From contig OZ024746.1 of the NCBI GenBank assembly GCA_964016885.1, positions 9,486,001 through 9,550,000 on the forward strand: DNA of 64,000 bases. Reading direction: 5' to 3'. Position numbers and translations under genes: made by a program. Shown here piece by piece: positions 15,820-29,842 of this stretch (positions are counted from its first letter, which is position 1; the number at the start of each line of letters is the position of its first letter). The stretch is from Eledone cirrhosa. Taxonomy: Eukaryota. The notes beneath the pieces were generated by a model that saw only the letters and a program-made list of their open reading frames with translations, did not search any database and was not told the DNA's origin.

Positions 15820-16100
15820 GATTAGATAACATAGAAGTTAAATGGGCTTTTTACTAGATTTGTATAATATGATTTACGTAATAGATTTAGATAAGAATAT
15901 ATATCAAATTTACATATGATTTACATAATTGATTTAAACAATATTTACATATTAGATTAACATAATGAGATTTATATAAGAATGTTTACATATTAGATTT
16001 ACGTAGTAAGATTTAGATAACAATATTTATATATTAGATTTACAGAAGAATATTTTCATAGCAATATTTGCATATAAGATTATATAATGAGATTTTATCA
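15820..16100. repeat. Degenerate tandem repeat with AGATTTACATAAT-like core
   Basis: Recurrent GATTTAC/GATTTAG words spaced about 15-20 bp apart. Confidence 0.6.
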
Positions 16101-16714
16101 AGGAAATATTTTAAACCTATGTAAACACTTTTGTATGATTAAGAAGTTAGATGATATGAAAAACCAAGTGTCTTAGATTTACACATTGCTGTTCTGAATA
16201 TTTTTGTCCTTGTACATTATCTTATACAAATCAATCTATGCTAATGATACACAACCATTTTAGAAAGTGGTACACGAAATTCAAGAGAAAAACTTCATGG
16301 ACCACTAATTAAAATGAAACACAGTAGGGCATAAATATTTTTAAATTAAGAAATTAATCATGCATTGTATAATATGATATATGTAAATTTACTTTAAATT
16401 AGTTTTAGGGAGGTGTGTAAAAAAAAAATGAGCAATTCTTTGCTCTTATGAAATTTGATACCACTCTTACTTCATATATTTGGTAGTTGGAATTTGAAAA
16501 AGGACACAAAACACCAACTTAACAATCTATGTATCTGTAGATGAAATAGTAAAAATACCTAATCCATACAAAACATTTTTTTAAAATGTTAGCCATTTTA
16601 AAATTAAGAAAAACCATCTCTACCTTTACAATTCATATTATTATTCATATTATAAGCAAATTTAATTAAAAACGTTAGTATCTACATCATCATCAATCTG
16701 CAAGAAATCACAAT

Positions 16715-16872
16715 GAAATCTCCCACGAATCTCAACCTACCATCATAAAATGGGTTTATTGGTAGTAGATTCTCTGCACATAGAAACAAGATTGGAGGGC
16801 CATGGTTGGAATACCTTTGACCATAAATCTGCTTGATCAGGGATGATCTATCAATAAACAATAACAAAAACA
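16715..16872 (+). repeat. Old dispersed repeat with (AAC)n-like end; relatives at 15580-15710, 44500-44620, 50360-50545 (+) and 41000-41170, 57420-57640 (-)
   Basis: Shared GGAATACCTTTGACCATA..TCTGCTTGATCAG.G motif followed by an AACAACAA tail. Confidence 0.55.
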
Positions 16873-19800
16873 AAATGCAATGATTAGGTGAACATAGGAG
16901 AGAGTAAAACATATCCAGACAATCATACTGCAACAGTATACCTTATGTTTCATTATTGTATGTTAGAGAGTATATTATGTCACTCAGCTTGGCAGAGGCA
17001 AGGTATGGCTGGAAAAGAAACATATGTGGGTGGCAGCTGACTATCAGTTTGCAATAGGATTGTTTGATTAGACTTCGGATTACATTATTACAACACCACC
17101 AATAATAATAACAACAACCTACCAGGATTAGGAGGTGCTGTTTGGTTTCTCTGTGCTAATCTAAGAAACTACACTTGTAAATAAATGATCATTTCTAGCT
17201 GGCTACTTGATGTTAGACGATTTGGAAATCTTCTAGATTAAAAATATTACGATTTAATGTTTTGTTTCATATCATTCTGATCTGAAATCTTGCTTCTTCG
17301 CCAGGTGTTGTTACTGACAGGTAGTATTGGCAATGGAAAGACAAATGAAAATGTTGTTTCCTTGTTTCAATCTGATGATCAACAACTTTCTTTTCCTTTT
17401 ATAGCTAGCTATAAAAATTTCAATTTATGAACACTTCACGTTAACTCAACATACAGTACAGACCAAATAAGACAGAAGTTTGGAAATATTTTGAATATAT
17501 TGGAATGCATATAGTGCTAAAAGTAGACTTAATCCATTACCCAGTAATACTGTACTAACTGATCCTTCAGTGCTCTCAGTGGAATTCATTCTATTGCAAG
17601 GGCTGCAGTTTGAGGAAAACTACTTTTCTTCTGTCCACAAGTCTCAAAGATTCTGAAAACTAATGGGTCATATGCTGCAAGGCATTTTGTTCGATGCTCT
17701 AACGACTCTGCCAAGCCATCAGCCCTCTTACTACTACTCTAATAATACAACCTTTCCTTTCATCACTTTATTTTTCACCCTCTCTCTTTACCTCTGCCCA
17801 CTAACACTTGTTACCTCTTATCCCCCCCCCCCCCTGTGCTGTTTTACTCTTTGCCTGTCCCACTACAACAGATAAAAATAGGTTGGTAATAGTTCTAACT
17901 GTTATTTCCCTTTGAAAATGTAGTGTAACAGTGAAACACATGTCACAAGTTGAATAATATTACAGATATCTTCACTTTCCTGTATTTGCTGCATTACTTT
18001 TTCCAGCTACCATTACTCTGAAAGTCATTTCCAGCTATCTAATTTCAAATCTCATTTAGCATGCTACTAATTAAGTTTGTAGCAATCAACTGCTCAGAAC
18101 ATTAGTTTTGTCTCAATCTTCACTTCCATTCTCATCATATTGTCTATATACCATTACAAATTACATTTTACTCAGTGCAGTAAACAGCACATAATGTCAT
18201 CAAATTCATTCAGAATTAAAGCTTAGCCTATAGCTTAGATTTGTTCTGTTTCCTCTAGACATAATAGACATACAAACTAAGATCTTTGATAATAGAGCTA
18301 TGGAATTAAATCGTCTTTTAGAAACGTTTATACATTTAGTGCCATTATTTCTTTATTTTAAGCAGTGTTTTCATTATCATAAAAGTACTGAAGACAATGA
18401 ATTGACAGAGAGAGGGAAAAAAAGGAAAAAATAACTCTGAACTGAAATTTAGTTTCATGCTTCTCTGTTCTAAGTTCAAATCCTACTAGGCTATATGTTG
18501 TTTTTTCTGTAGCAAACCAAGTGTTTTAAGGCGATTTTCTGTGCTAATGCTGTGTTGCCCCAAGGCAGGATTAAGTATACTCAATATGGGGTTCTACTTT
18601 GATGTAATGTTTTATGACTAGATGTCTTTTCTAGCGTCAATCCTTTTAGTTGCTTTTTAAAACATACTGGGATACAGTGTACTTATTCTGATGGTAATAA
18701 AAGTTGCTATTGTGGTTGCTGTTTCATACTAGATCAAATCACATAAAATGTTCTTATATTTGATTTGGCCTGGAAGAAGCGGCTTAGAATTGATAAGAGC
18801 AACGCAGTTAATGTTCTTCAATGAAAAAGATGGGCAAGGAGAGAATTCAAGACAGCTGACGTTCTGGCGGTAATAAAATAAGGCATAATGATTAGTGCCG
18901 ACCAGGGATACACTCAATGTAGTCCTACATACACTATGTATACAAAAAGAAAAATAGGTGGGGTAGTCCAGAGTGGAATGCTTATGATTAAATGATAATA
19001 TATATATATATATATATATATATTATCATTTATGAAAGGTATAGAGATTGTTTTAGCGAGAAGCTAATAGTATTCTATAACATATATGCGACTATAACGT
19101 CAAGATGGGAAAAGTAGTTAACGTAAGATTTAGGAAAAATAATTCAAACTCATCTCAAAAGAGAATCAGGATACAAATTCATCCACAGAATTTAGTGAAA
19201 TCCATATATATATACACACACACAAACATACACAGGGTGATCCAAAACATGTATACACACTTCAACAGCATTCTAATAGATTACGTGTACAGGTAATCAA
19301 AGTGTCTATACATTTTTTAGGTCTCTCTCTCTATCTCTCTCTCTTTCTTATATATATATATAAAGAGAGAGAGAGAGATGCATACATATGTGCATGTTTG
19401 TGTATATATCTAGAAGCACCTATGTATATATTAAACTAAGATTTTGTTAATGTATTTGTTGTGTGTGTTGTGTGTATCTATGTGCATTCAAATATTAATC
19501 CAATAATTCCATACACAATTGATAAATATGCCAGCTTCTCCATTCCCACCTCTATCCAGTTCATAGATATACCTAAATCTGAAATGTCATTGTATTGGTA
19601 ACAATACATGTTCGATTTGATTTGAAGGTAATCATTTATGCTTTTCTTCATAAGCATGTGTTGGTCATCATATACACATGTATGTATGTTGTGTGTGCAT
19701 GAATATTGAGTTTATCATAAAACAGCTTAACCATTTATATTATATATATAATATATATTTATAAATATACATTTACACACAAATACACACACATATATAT

Positions 19801-19836
<36 letters not shown>

Positions 19837-20642
19837 TTCAAGAGTAACCAATCTTAAAGAGAGAGATGGAGATTGAAGAGGAGATAGGAGAGGAGAGATT
19901 GGTGAATTAGTGTATATATATATATATATTTATAATTTGGCAGCATGACCCACCCACAGTATAACAGTATCTGTTTCAAAACATGATTTCACATCAACAA
20001 TCATGCAAAACAAATACAAAAGCCAAGTACAGCTGTCACTCACAACTAAATATGACTTAGTAGTATGTGCCGTGTTTTTGCTAAGGCTTTGAGATGCATG
20101 CATTCATGAGCAGACACTCCCTTGATCCAGTAGATTATTCAGAACATGACAGCTGTAAAGAAAAAGGGCTGCAGTAGCAATGAGCTGGTACTTTCTATAT
20201 CAGCTCTGAATTTATGAAAGGCTATGTGGACATTATTTTATATTTATTTGAGCTTTTGCATTCTGAGCTCAAATCCTGAGAGATATCCAATACACAACAA
20301 CTTGGCCAAATCACTATATTTATATTTTTTTTGTGTTTGGCAGAGTTTTTGACACATGGTTCATAAAACTATGCTTTTTGTATTATTTAACGATTCTGAA
20401 GAATTCAATACAGAGGAATAAAATGCTACTTTCTCCTGTATTTGAAGGAAACTTGCGTAAATCAATTAAAAATGATGTATTAAACCTTGGTTATTTATTT
20501 ATTCTTTATATATATGTATATATATATATAGCTTGGATGAACTGGGGGAGAAACTGGGATTAAGGGGAATTCAAGGTGATGTGCAGGAGAGAAGACTGTA
20601 TTAGAATGGACATGTGAAAAATGATGATGAGATATATATATA

Positions 20643-20928
20643 TATAAAGAAAAAAAGATGAAATCGAAAATGCAACTGGAGTCTTATTTTTAAAAAAATA
20701 TATATATTTATTTGGTTCCTTTACCGATTTCAAAAGGTAGAGTTGAGATGGAGGGTCTGTGGTTTTTCTCACATCTGGGATGTGAGAAAAACCACAGACC
20801 CTCCATCTCAACTCTACTTTTGAAAAGCAGAAGAACTGTGAAACCGGTAAAGGAACCAAATAAATATATATATATTTTTAAAAATAAGACTCCAGTTGCA
20901 TTTTCGATTTCATCTTTTTTTCTTTATA
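20643..20928. repeat. Long inverted repeat (arms ~133 and ~150 bp, 3-nt spacer at 20776-20778)
   Basis: Arms are reverse complements except for an ~18-bp indel and a few substitutions. Confidence 0.93.
20816..20864 (+). ncRNA. Minimal hammerhead variant (U3-A8 core) followed by AATAAA
   Basis: ctt-TTGAAAA-gcag/aagaa/ctgt-GAAA-CCGG-TA-aag; palindromic ACCGGT stem III; AATAAA at 20859. Confidence 0.6.
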
Positions 20929-22014
20929 CTTTCACTCGTGTAGGACACCTCGGTTATTTTTCATTTTGTAAAAAAACCTCACTTTCTAATATATATATAT
21001 ATATATATACATTCAAAGAGAGATTTGCTAATTCCTATTTTCATTTATTTTGCTACTTGATATTCTAAATTCCGATCTTTTACTCAAGAAACACAATTCA
21101 TGCTGCATTAAAAATTCCTTAAATAATTTTCCATTTCATTTTTATATACTTATTTATTTTTCTCTCTTTATTCAACACTTGGAAAAATACAGGGAAATAG
21201 AGTGTGTGTGTGTGTGTGGGGGGGGGCACCTAAGCAGGATGTTTCTTTTGACTAATATCATCAGCTATGTTGTTGTCTAGAGCAGTGAATTAATATAATG
21301 CAAGATGTAATGGTAAGAAAAGTAAATAAATATATAAATAAATATAAAGCAAAAAAGACAATCATAAGTAAAAAACAAAAAAAACAGACAAAATAAAATT
21401 AAAACAGTGATTAAAAATATATTTATGAAAACAAAGCCAATATATAAAAAAACTTAACATGTGTTAATGTCAGTGTGAGGGTGTGTGTGTGTATGTTTTT
21501 GTATCAGAGAGAGGAGGGGAGTTTGGTTGATTCATGATTCAGGTATTAGAATACTGCAGGGTAAAAAGAAATTCCAGTTTAATCACAGTTGACAGCTTGT
21601 GGTGTTTTTTGTTTTGTTTTCTCACTTGTTGCAGCTTTTCACTTTTAACTATGAATGCAATCATCTTGTAAAGGCTTTTGTCAAATTGGTCTGTTATTTT
21701 TTAAGATTTGTGAAGACTTATAGAATGTTTTTCTATTAATGATGCTTGAACTCTTTTCTCTCACACTTATTATTTTTATTATCATTATTGTTATTATTAT
21801 CATCATTATCAGTAGTAGTAGATATGATTGGCAGAATCATTAGAGTTTTGGACAAAATGTTTAGTGTTATTTTTTCTGATTTTTGATGTACTGTGTTTGA
21901 ATATCACTAAGGTCAACTTTATCTTTCCTCCTTCTGAGGTTAAGTACTGGGTGACTTTGATCGACTTTTCCCTCCTCCTAAAATTGCTGACCTTTTGCCT
22001 AAATTATTGATGGT

Positions 22015-23890
22015 TTACTCAGGCAGGAGAAAACTCAGTAATTATCAAATTTATTGTCCAGTCTCAACAAGGATCTTAGACAGACTATACTTTTCTGGAT
22101 ACAGGCACCATGCCCCGACAGGGCAGTTTTTGGAGGACAGCAACCTATGGTTTGAGGTCTATTTATTCAGTTTTAGTAGTATCAAACCCAATGCTCCAAT
22201 GACAGCTGGAGTTATCATGTTTTCTGGTACTGACCATATTTGTTCAACTTTCATATTTAAGGCAATATATTTGGCTATTTTAAAAAATTTCTTTCAAGTC
22301 TATGTTATTGTCTCCTGAGATGGTAACTTTAATAATCTGGCATCCATGTCTATTTCTGAGCACTATGAGGTATGTTGTGTTCAAGTCTGTAGCTGTTTAG
22401 ATAGTGAAGTCCCAGGGCATCTTGAATTTGTCTTTGCTATTGTTGGCACATTCTGTGATATAGTAGTATCACTTCTCAAACATCTGATATCCATATGTTT
22501 TGCACATTCACCGGTTAAGTTACATACAAATCTTGTCAGGTCTTGTTTTATACACTTTTGGGGTTAGCATTTTGCATGTGCTCACTATAGGGATAACACT
22601 TTCTGTATTAAATTGACACAGACAGCATTTCAAACTTCCACCAAGATAATATATTTCTTCAGTCACCAACTAAAGAGATATATCAAAGCTTCATCATAGG
22701 ATGAGATCAACAGTGCTTCAGTCTTCCTTTTTACATCGCTGTGGAAGAGCCAATCCGTGGAAGAACCAATTCCGTATCTAATTCGGCCATGTAATGTCAT
22801 TCAAACTACTGTTTCTGTTTTTCTCTGCAGAAACTCATCTCTTAAACTATTCTTTACTCTACATCATTCCTTTTTAAAGACCTGTTACTGCTAAGGTATA
22901 CAGAAGATTTTAGTTACTATTTATGGCAATTAATGACTCACTTATCATTCTTGATACATTTTGTAACACCTTTTATCTCTCTCTCTCTTCTACTATGCAT
23001 TTCATGTACAGCCAATTTATATTTTCTTTTGGATGTAATGCTTTATGCATAGTCATCAGTGTTCTTGCTCAGCAGCCTATCTCTTAAGGATCCCAGCACT
23101 GTACTGTATTACAGATATAGGTCAGCTTTTTCTTGCATTCAGTTTATACTTAAGTTTTTAACCTGCTTTTATTTTTCATTGTCTTTCATTGGTCTCACCA
23201 ATCTTTAATATTCCTAGATATTTGTATCTGCCATTACTTTAACCATTCAATTGTTCAGCAGATGGTAATTCAATGCCAGTTAAATGGGATTTATCCTTTT
23301 TCCATGTTGACAACTGCATGTGATTCAATGCTAAATTCCATGCCTATGTCTTGACTGTACCTTAGACTATCTTTACTTGTGACTCTAACTATGTTTAAGA
23401 TTCCACAAACAGTTTCAAATCACCCATAAACAGGTGATTCAAACATGGACTGCAAGCATCTTTTTCCAATTTATACCCCATTCTTACCTGCCTCAGTACT
23501 AATGGGAAAAGAAGTTGCTCTGAAAAATCCTTGCTGTATGTTCACTTTACATAGGAACCAATTATATGAGTATAAATTAGTTCTCCAATCCTTTATGTTA
23601 GATCTTACCAATCTGCATAGATTCAAGAATCCACAAATGAGGCACCATATCATAAACCTGTTTAACTCTATCCATGCACTATTCAGGTTTGAACCCCCAG
23701 GATTTACAGTTTTTGATCACTGTTGTCTATAACAAAAATATTTGTCGTTCCCATTGTTTTCCTGCAGCCTCTTTGCTCTATAGAAAGTAGATTGTTGATT
23801 GAGTGGTGCCATATTTTCTCAGACAATATTCCTGTTAAGTTTCCAAAGCAGGTTTAAGTAGGCAATATTTCTGTAATTTCTAGCTACAGG
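22015..23890 (-). pseudogene. Heavily decayed R4/Dong-like (restriction-like endonuclease) non-LTR retrotransposon
   Basis: Minus-strand fragments: HLFMGDLKLF (RT YxDD-like, ~23400-23435) and KMPWDFTI...HNIP...CQIIKVTISGD...PAVIGALG (RLE-like, ~22180-22430); many stops and frameshifts; (TTA)-rich flanks. Confidence 0.75.
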
Positions 23891-24339
23891 ACTTTAATAT
23901 TATTATTGATATTATTATTATGATTTTGTAAGCATTTGCAGTTATGATATTAAATTCCTTTATTAGCTTTCCTAAAAGATACTATATCCAGATATTAATA
24001 TTATCTCCAATTCCTTCTCAATCTATTAAGGATTCGATGGATTTTCGATTTAAAAGTTGCTGTTTTTTTTTTTAATGTCAATATTTTTCATTTGATTTCC
24101 TTTAAATTTTTTCACAGCTTATATTCAACAATCTCACTCTACATTTCTGTAGGAAATTAGATTGAAAGATCATCTGATCATGACACAAAATAAATTACAG
24201 TATTTGCTCTGGTTTTTTTCCATTCTCAGTTCAAAATCTCACCATGGTGAACTTTGCTTTTTATCCTTCTGGGCATGCTAAAATAAAGTACCAGACAAGT
24301 ACTGGGGTTAATTTATTAACTTATAATCTGTACTAGCAT

Positions 24340-24836
24340 GTAGTAAGGTAGAGTATATTCCAAACCCTGAAGGTAACCATAGAGATCTGATAACATGTAA
24401 AGTGACATTCTGGTTGGGGTACTACTGCCATGTAGGGGTACAACAACTCATTCCCTTCTTTAGGTACCACTTTAGAAGGAGAATCAGAGTGGATAGAGGG
24501 GCACTGCACCCCAGTAAATTTACTGAAAGGTGGGTGAATGTGGCAAAAATGGCCCAAGTTATTGGGCCTTCTCTGTATATAAACCTGTAGGTTGAAGAAG
24601 AGACAAAAGGAAGAAAGGCGCACTTGCACAACACGCTCCTGAAGTTGAGGGTTTTTCTATCTATGGGGTATTAAACAACCCATTTGTGGCGCCTCCCCCC
24701 TTATTGGGGATTTTGATTCTTATATTTGTTTGTTTCATATTTTTACACAATTGTATGTAAAATCCCCGGCATGTGTCTTTGTTTTGTCCCCTTTTCTTGA
24801 CCGCCCTTGTGGCTAATAAAGAAATATATCTATCTG
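24340..24836 (+). mobile_element. 3' end of Tx1/L1-like LINE (degenerate)
   Basis: QLIPFFRYHFRRRIRVDR...KFTERW, then UTR ending GTGGCTAATAAAGAAATATATCTATCT; homologous to 34695-35225. Confidence 0.65.
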
Positions 24837-25059
24837 TAACAACCTAATTACTTACAACACATACACTCCCACAGTCCCTATCATTCTCTGACACGTATAC
24901 ATACACAAACGATAACCCTTTCTATCTTTCTGTCTCTCAATGCAAGCCCTATTAAAAGGATAACACAAATGAAAAGAAAAAGAGTCTAACTTTTCTGTGT
25001 CTTAGTTGCCATTAGACATCATAAACAGGGTCTTCTTTAGCCTATGTTGTTAACTATAT

Positions 25060-25320
25060 ATATTTATTTTCACCATGCTTCCCAGGAAGCAATGAGTGTC
25101 CCGTAATCCACACAACAGGTCAGAACAGCCCATCATCTCTATTGATGGAAAATGAAAGACAGCCCAGCATATGATTGTAGAGACCCTGACAAGACAGTGC
25201 TGCATGTTGTTCAGGATTGTCCCACCAGATGTTTTCTTGGTAGCCTGGAGGTAATCCATGTTACTGCAAATGATGCCTTGGTCTGGCCTGTCAGTCTCAG
25301 CCTGCCTCTCTATCTATTGT
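25060..25320 (+). mobile_element. C-terminal remnant of Ingi/Vingi-like (I-group) LINE
   Basis: SPAYDCRDPDKTVLHVVQDCPTRCFLGSLEVIH...ALVW resembles the CxC..Hxxxx(E/D)CP zinc-knuckle tail of these elements (from memory). Confidence 0.55.
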
Positions 25321-26381
25321 GCATATGTCATATAACAGAAGAACCATGCTTCCATCAATCTAGCCATTTTTAGAACTATAAAATCTAAATAAGGATTTCA
25401 TTTATTAGCCACAAGGGCCAACATGTAGGGGACAAATAAAATCTAAATAATAAACGACTGGTTTCTTGAGATCTTTTTCCTCTTCTCTCTGTCTCACTGT
25501 CATATAGAAGTGAGTATTTCATAATACCTATCCAGCTGTATATAGTCTAGATACTACCTCGAGAAATATTTTTTATGAATGTTAGATATAAAGTTATATA
25601 AATCATTTAGCTAGTGTTTATATGATATAATATAAATTATGTAGATGCTTTTCAATATTTGGATGTTATGTGGAATTTTTTATTTGTTTTCTTCGCTTGT
25701 TTTTTTTTGGGGGGGGGGGGGGGGTTAGCCCTAAGGCAACCCTGATTAATTGATTAAAGAATATGGCAATTATATAAAAAATGATTATATTTCCTATCTA
25801 GATTCTTCAATAATTTGTTAATGTGAATTAAAATGACTAAATAGATAAAGTACTATCCTTTTCTGAAGCCTTTGATGTTTGCCTTAAGATAAAGAAATTA
25901 AATTTATCAACCATGAAGCCAATCCATATATTTTTATAATTCATGTGAAGAAGTGTATGCTTCATGTGTTCATATATAATATTGATTTATAATGATTTTT
26001 AAATATTGATTTATAACAGGATGTGTTCATACAATATGCTGTGTATATTGAAAGGTTCACAGAAATCATGTTAATATCATATGAAGATATCAAGCATATA
26101 ATTTTAAATGAAAAACTTTATACTTGATATTTTCATACAATATTGCCATGTAAATTAAAAGCTTCATACAAATATGGCAATATCATCCACACCTATAAGG
26201 CAAATGCTTGATATATTTATATGATATTGCCATATTAATTGAAAGGTTCTTACAAGATAAACTTAAAGTGAATGAATCTTCCCCATTTTCGATGATGAGC
26301 TCTTCAGTTTTTCATCAAAAGGGAGATACCTGCTCCGTAATTTGGTATGTAAGTTGTTGAATATTCAACAGATAAATACAT

Positions 26382-26602
26382 CCCTTTAGCATTTACATTA
26401 CTCTATATATATTATTATATTTTCACAGTAAAGGCTTTATCTTACATAATTATCTCACAAAATATCGAATCTATCAGATGTTGATATTATATATTTTGAG
26501 AACAATACCTTGACATCAGTATGAGAGGCCAGTTACAGCCAGTTTGTACAGAAAGAGATGCAAGAATTCTGGCCAGATATGGCTAATTTAAATGCTAAAG
26601 GG
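26382..26602. mobile_element. piggyBac-type MITE (~220 bp)
   Basis: TIRs CCCTTTAGCATTTA / TAAATGCTAAAGGG with TTAA on the right flank; homologous copies at 44279-44486 and 55768-55976. Confidence 0.75.
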
Positions 26603-27589
26603 TTAAAGTAATCCTTGGGCAGAATCAGCATGATCCAACTACAACAAGGCTGGACATTTGAAATAGAGGTATAATTCATCTGAAAGGGTTTCCTACTTGT
26701 TTCATACACCTGATTCCTCCAACATTACTTGGGTCAACTGAGGTTATGGTAAGTTCTTCTTGCCTCAATATGACTTAGAGGGGAATCAAACCTCTGACCT
26801 CATGATAGTGAAGTGAAATTCTTAACTATTAACTCATGCTTCATCCACACACAAAATAAAAATACTACAATAAATATTTCCTAAATATTTCACAAGACAT
26901 AAATATATTTCCAATTTAAATTATAACCTCTGGAAGATTTAATATTAGCTTCAATCAAAAATAGGTATATTTAAATTATCATCTTTTCAGAAAAATGTTA
27001 TTAGATATGAATTGATTTGATATAAAAATATGAATGCACTCACACACTCAGAAGATGCAAATATAATTACATATATATAAGTACGTAATAGCTATGTGGA
27101 TATGGAAATATATTTTGAAACTATATTTCTGTGTTTGATTCTGTTGCACAGCACCTTGAGAAAGTGTCTTATATTATAGCCTTGAGTTCACTAGTGCCAT
27201 GCACATGAGGTTTAGTATGCAGATATTGTGTGGAAGCCCATTATATGTGTGTCTATTATTATCATCATTTGAGGTCCCTTTTCCTTGCTTAGCAAAGGTC
27301 GGACTGTATGTGTGTGTGTGTATGCGGGTGTGTGTGTGTATATATACATGTGTGTGTATATATTATATATATGTAAAAAGTAAACAGAAATATCAAAGCA
27401 AACAGAATATTGAAGAAATATATTAGTTTAACCCTTGAGATGTGTGTGTATGTGTGTGTGTGTGTGCAGTAAGGTGAGGCCCTTAGACTTCAAAGGTAAC
27501 TTAGCCATCTAATGAAAAGAGATTTTAACATGAATACTTTTAGCATGGACACAGTCCAATGACCGTAACCAGTAATCGAAGAACATGCA

Positions 27590-28325
27590 TACAAATACAT
27601 ACATACATAAATATATACCAAAATACATACATACACATACATATATACCATCATACATATATACATATATACCAACATACATATATACATACATATATAC
27701 CAACTTACATACATATATACAAACCAACATACATACATATCATCATCATCTTACGTCCGCTTTACCCTGCTTGCAAGGGTGGGATGGGAACTGATTCTGG
27801 CTTGATTTCTACAGCTGGATGCCCTTCCTAACACCAACCTCATTTACAGTGAGTGCTGGGTGCTTTTTCCCGTGGCACCTCCACAACCAATTTGCAGTGG
27901 AATGATAGGGACCCCAGTCCCTATCATCTCATTTCTACAGCTGAGTAAACTGGAGCAATGTGAAATAAAGTGTTTTGCTCAAGGAAACAACACATCACCC
28001 GGTCTGAAAATTGAATTCACAACCTTTCGATTGCAAGGCCAATGCTCTAACCACTAAGCCATGTGCCTCCATCTTGTACCTACATACATATATACCTACA
28101 TACATATATACCAACTTACATACATATATACCAACATACATACATATATACCAACCAAAACACCTCCATACATATATATACCAACATACATACATATATA
28201 CCAACTTACATACATATATACCAACTTACAGTCATATATACCAACTTACATACATATATACCAACATACATACATATATACCAACCAAAACACCTACATA
28301 CATATATACCAACATACATAGATAC
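27590..28325. repeat. ACATATATACCAAC(A/T)TACAT minisatellite interrupted by a SINE
   Basis: About 20-bp units on both sides of 27738-28072. Confidence 0.8.
27738..28072 (-). mobile_element. tRNA-derived SINE with RTE tail (second copy of 5646-5992)
   Basis: Collinear high similarity to 5646-5992. Confidence 0.88.
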
Positions 28326-28329
28326 ATAT

Positions 28330-28863
28330 ATGATGACTGCCCCCTCGTTATTGAGTATGGCCATTGCACGATTTACCATTATTAAACATTATTAATTAAT
28401 TCTATCGTGCAATGCTTATGCCTGAAGATATTTTTTAAAGTGAGGAAAGACTGTGCACTGAGCCAATCCCACTCTATGAGCGACAGTAGCTATAACCCGA
28501 AAGAAGAAAAGATCAACATCATTGGTAACTACCGAGCTGTAGGTTTTATATCGGAGTTATCCCAGTTTCCTGAGTTGCCTTCTCCTAGAAGAATACCCTG
28601 ACAAAGGCTAGGGGTCCTTCACTCCCAGTGGTTTAACCGGGTGGTACATGTCTATATACATATTTACACACTTTTGGATGGCCGTTGACTCTTCTGTATT
28701 TTTCCGCCCTTTGTCAGATTTTGTTTTTTGTCCTGCAGGGTGTCCCAAATCCCCCTCCTCACCAAGTAAACTTGTTGGAGTTGCCGGTTTAGTTGCCGAC
28801 GACACGACCATGCGACAGGTTGTACTGGGTTACATGTTACCAGTAGCACTCAAGAGTGACCCG
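28330..28863 (-). mobile_element. Non-autonomous element resembling an RTE 5'UTR plus short tail
   Basis: Minus strand has TAGCCTTTGTCAGGG...CTAGGAGAAGGCAACTC; diverged homolog at 48985-49395 (+); ends in CATCAT. Confidence 0.55.
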
Positions 28864-29811
28864 ACATATATATATATACCAACATACAAAATTATTGATT
28901 ATATTTTTGATATGCTACAGTTTGCTGTAGAAGTCAAAATTTCATGTCATAATTTAATTAATATAGTTATATGGTTAAAAGGTGTTTCATTTTTGGTGAT
29001 CTTTCATTTTTCTCCATTTCTAATTTTATTCTTTCTTCTCAACTTCTGTTAAGAATTTTTAACATATTTCATATTTTTTCTTTGTGTTTAGACCGGTTAT
29101 TATTTGTATTCTTAATTTTACTTTGTTTAATTAGATAGTTTAAGTTTTTTATTTCTTAAATTATTGATGGCTTCTTCTTAAGAAAGTAGCACATTCTATG
29201 AAATGATAGAAATGTTTGCTTTATAACAAGGTTTACTGCATCAAGACATTAAAAAATAAATTGGAAGAAAGCAAATTAGACATTATATAATTATGTAATG
29301 TTGAATTTTGCAAAAATCTACCAAAAAGAAGTCAGAAGAGAAGTCCATAAACCAGATGAACTACTGGGTTCATTATATAAGAAAAGAGGCAGTCGATTGG
29401 CAGTATCAGTAGAATTTCAAATTGCTGGAGTTGTGCGAAATGTAGAAACAATTATATAAGAAAATGTGAACAGACAATATTCTTGTGGGGGGAAAGCAGG
29501 CAATCACGTCATTAATGCAAAAAAAAATCACTCGGGTGATGGTATGTTGGGGAGATAAGTTTTCAGACTCATCAATAATATAAAAGAGAAATCAATCAAT
29601 GAGATCCTAAACCTCATTCACTTACCAAGTGAGATGGAACTCATCAAATCAGGCCAAGAAAACAATGTTTACATTGCTGATACTAGCTAACAGTTACAAC
29701 TCCTGGCAGAAAGAGCAAGGTGTAATATGTCTTGCTCAAGGATATAACCCATCGTTTTCTCTGGAAATCGAACTTGTAGCCTCATGATTACAAATTTAGC
29801 CTCTCTATATG

Positions 29812-29842
<31 letters not shown>

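Noticed and set aside
17905-17950. TTGAAAA...GAAACACATGTC hammerhead-like string
   Set aside because: No stem I pairing and a poor stem II; at best a decayed relic
19233-19330. CAGGGTGATCCAAAA Tc1/mariner-like MITE
   Set aside because: Right TIR is too degraded to support a confident call
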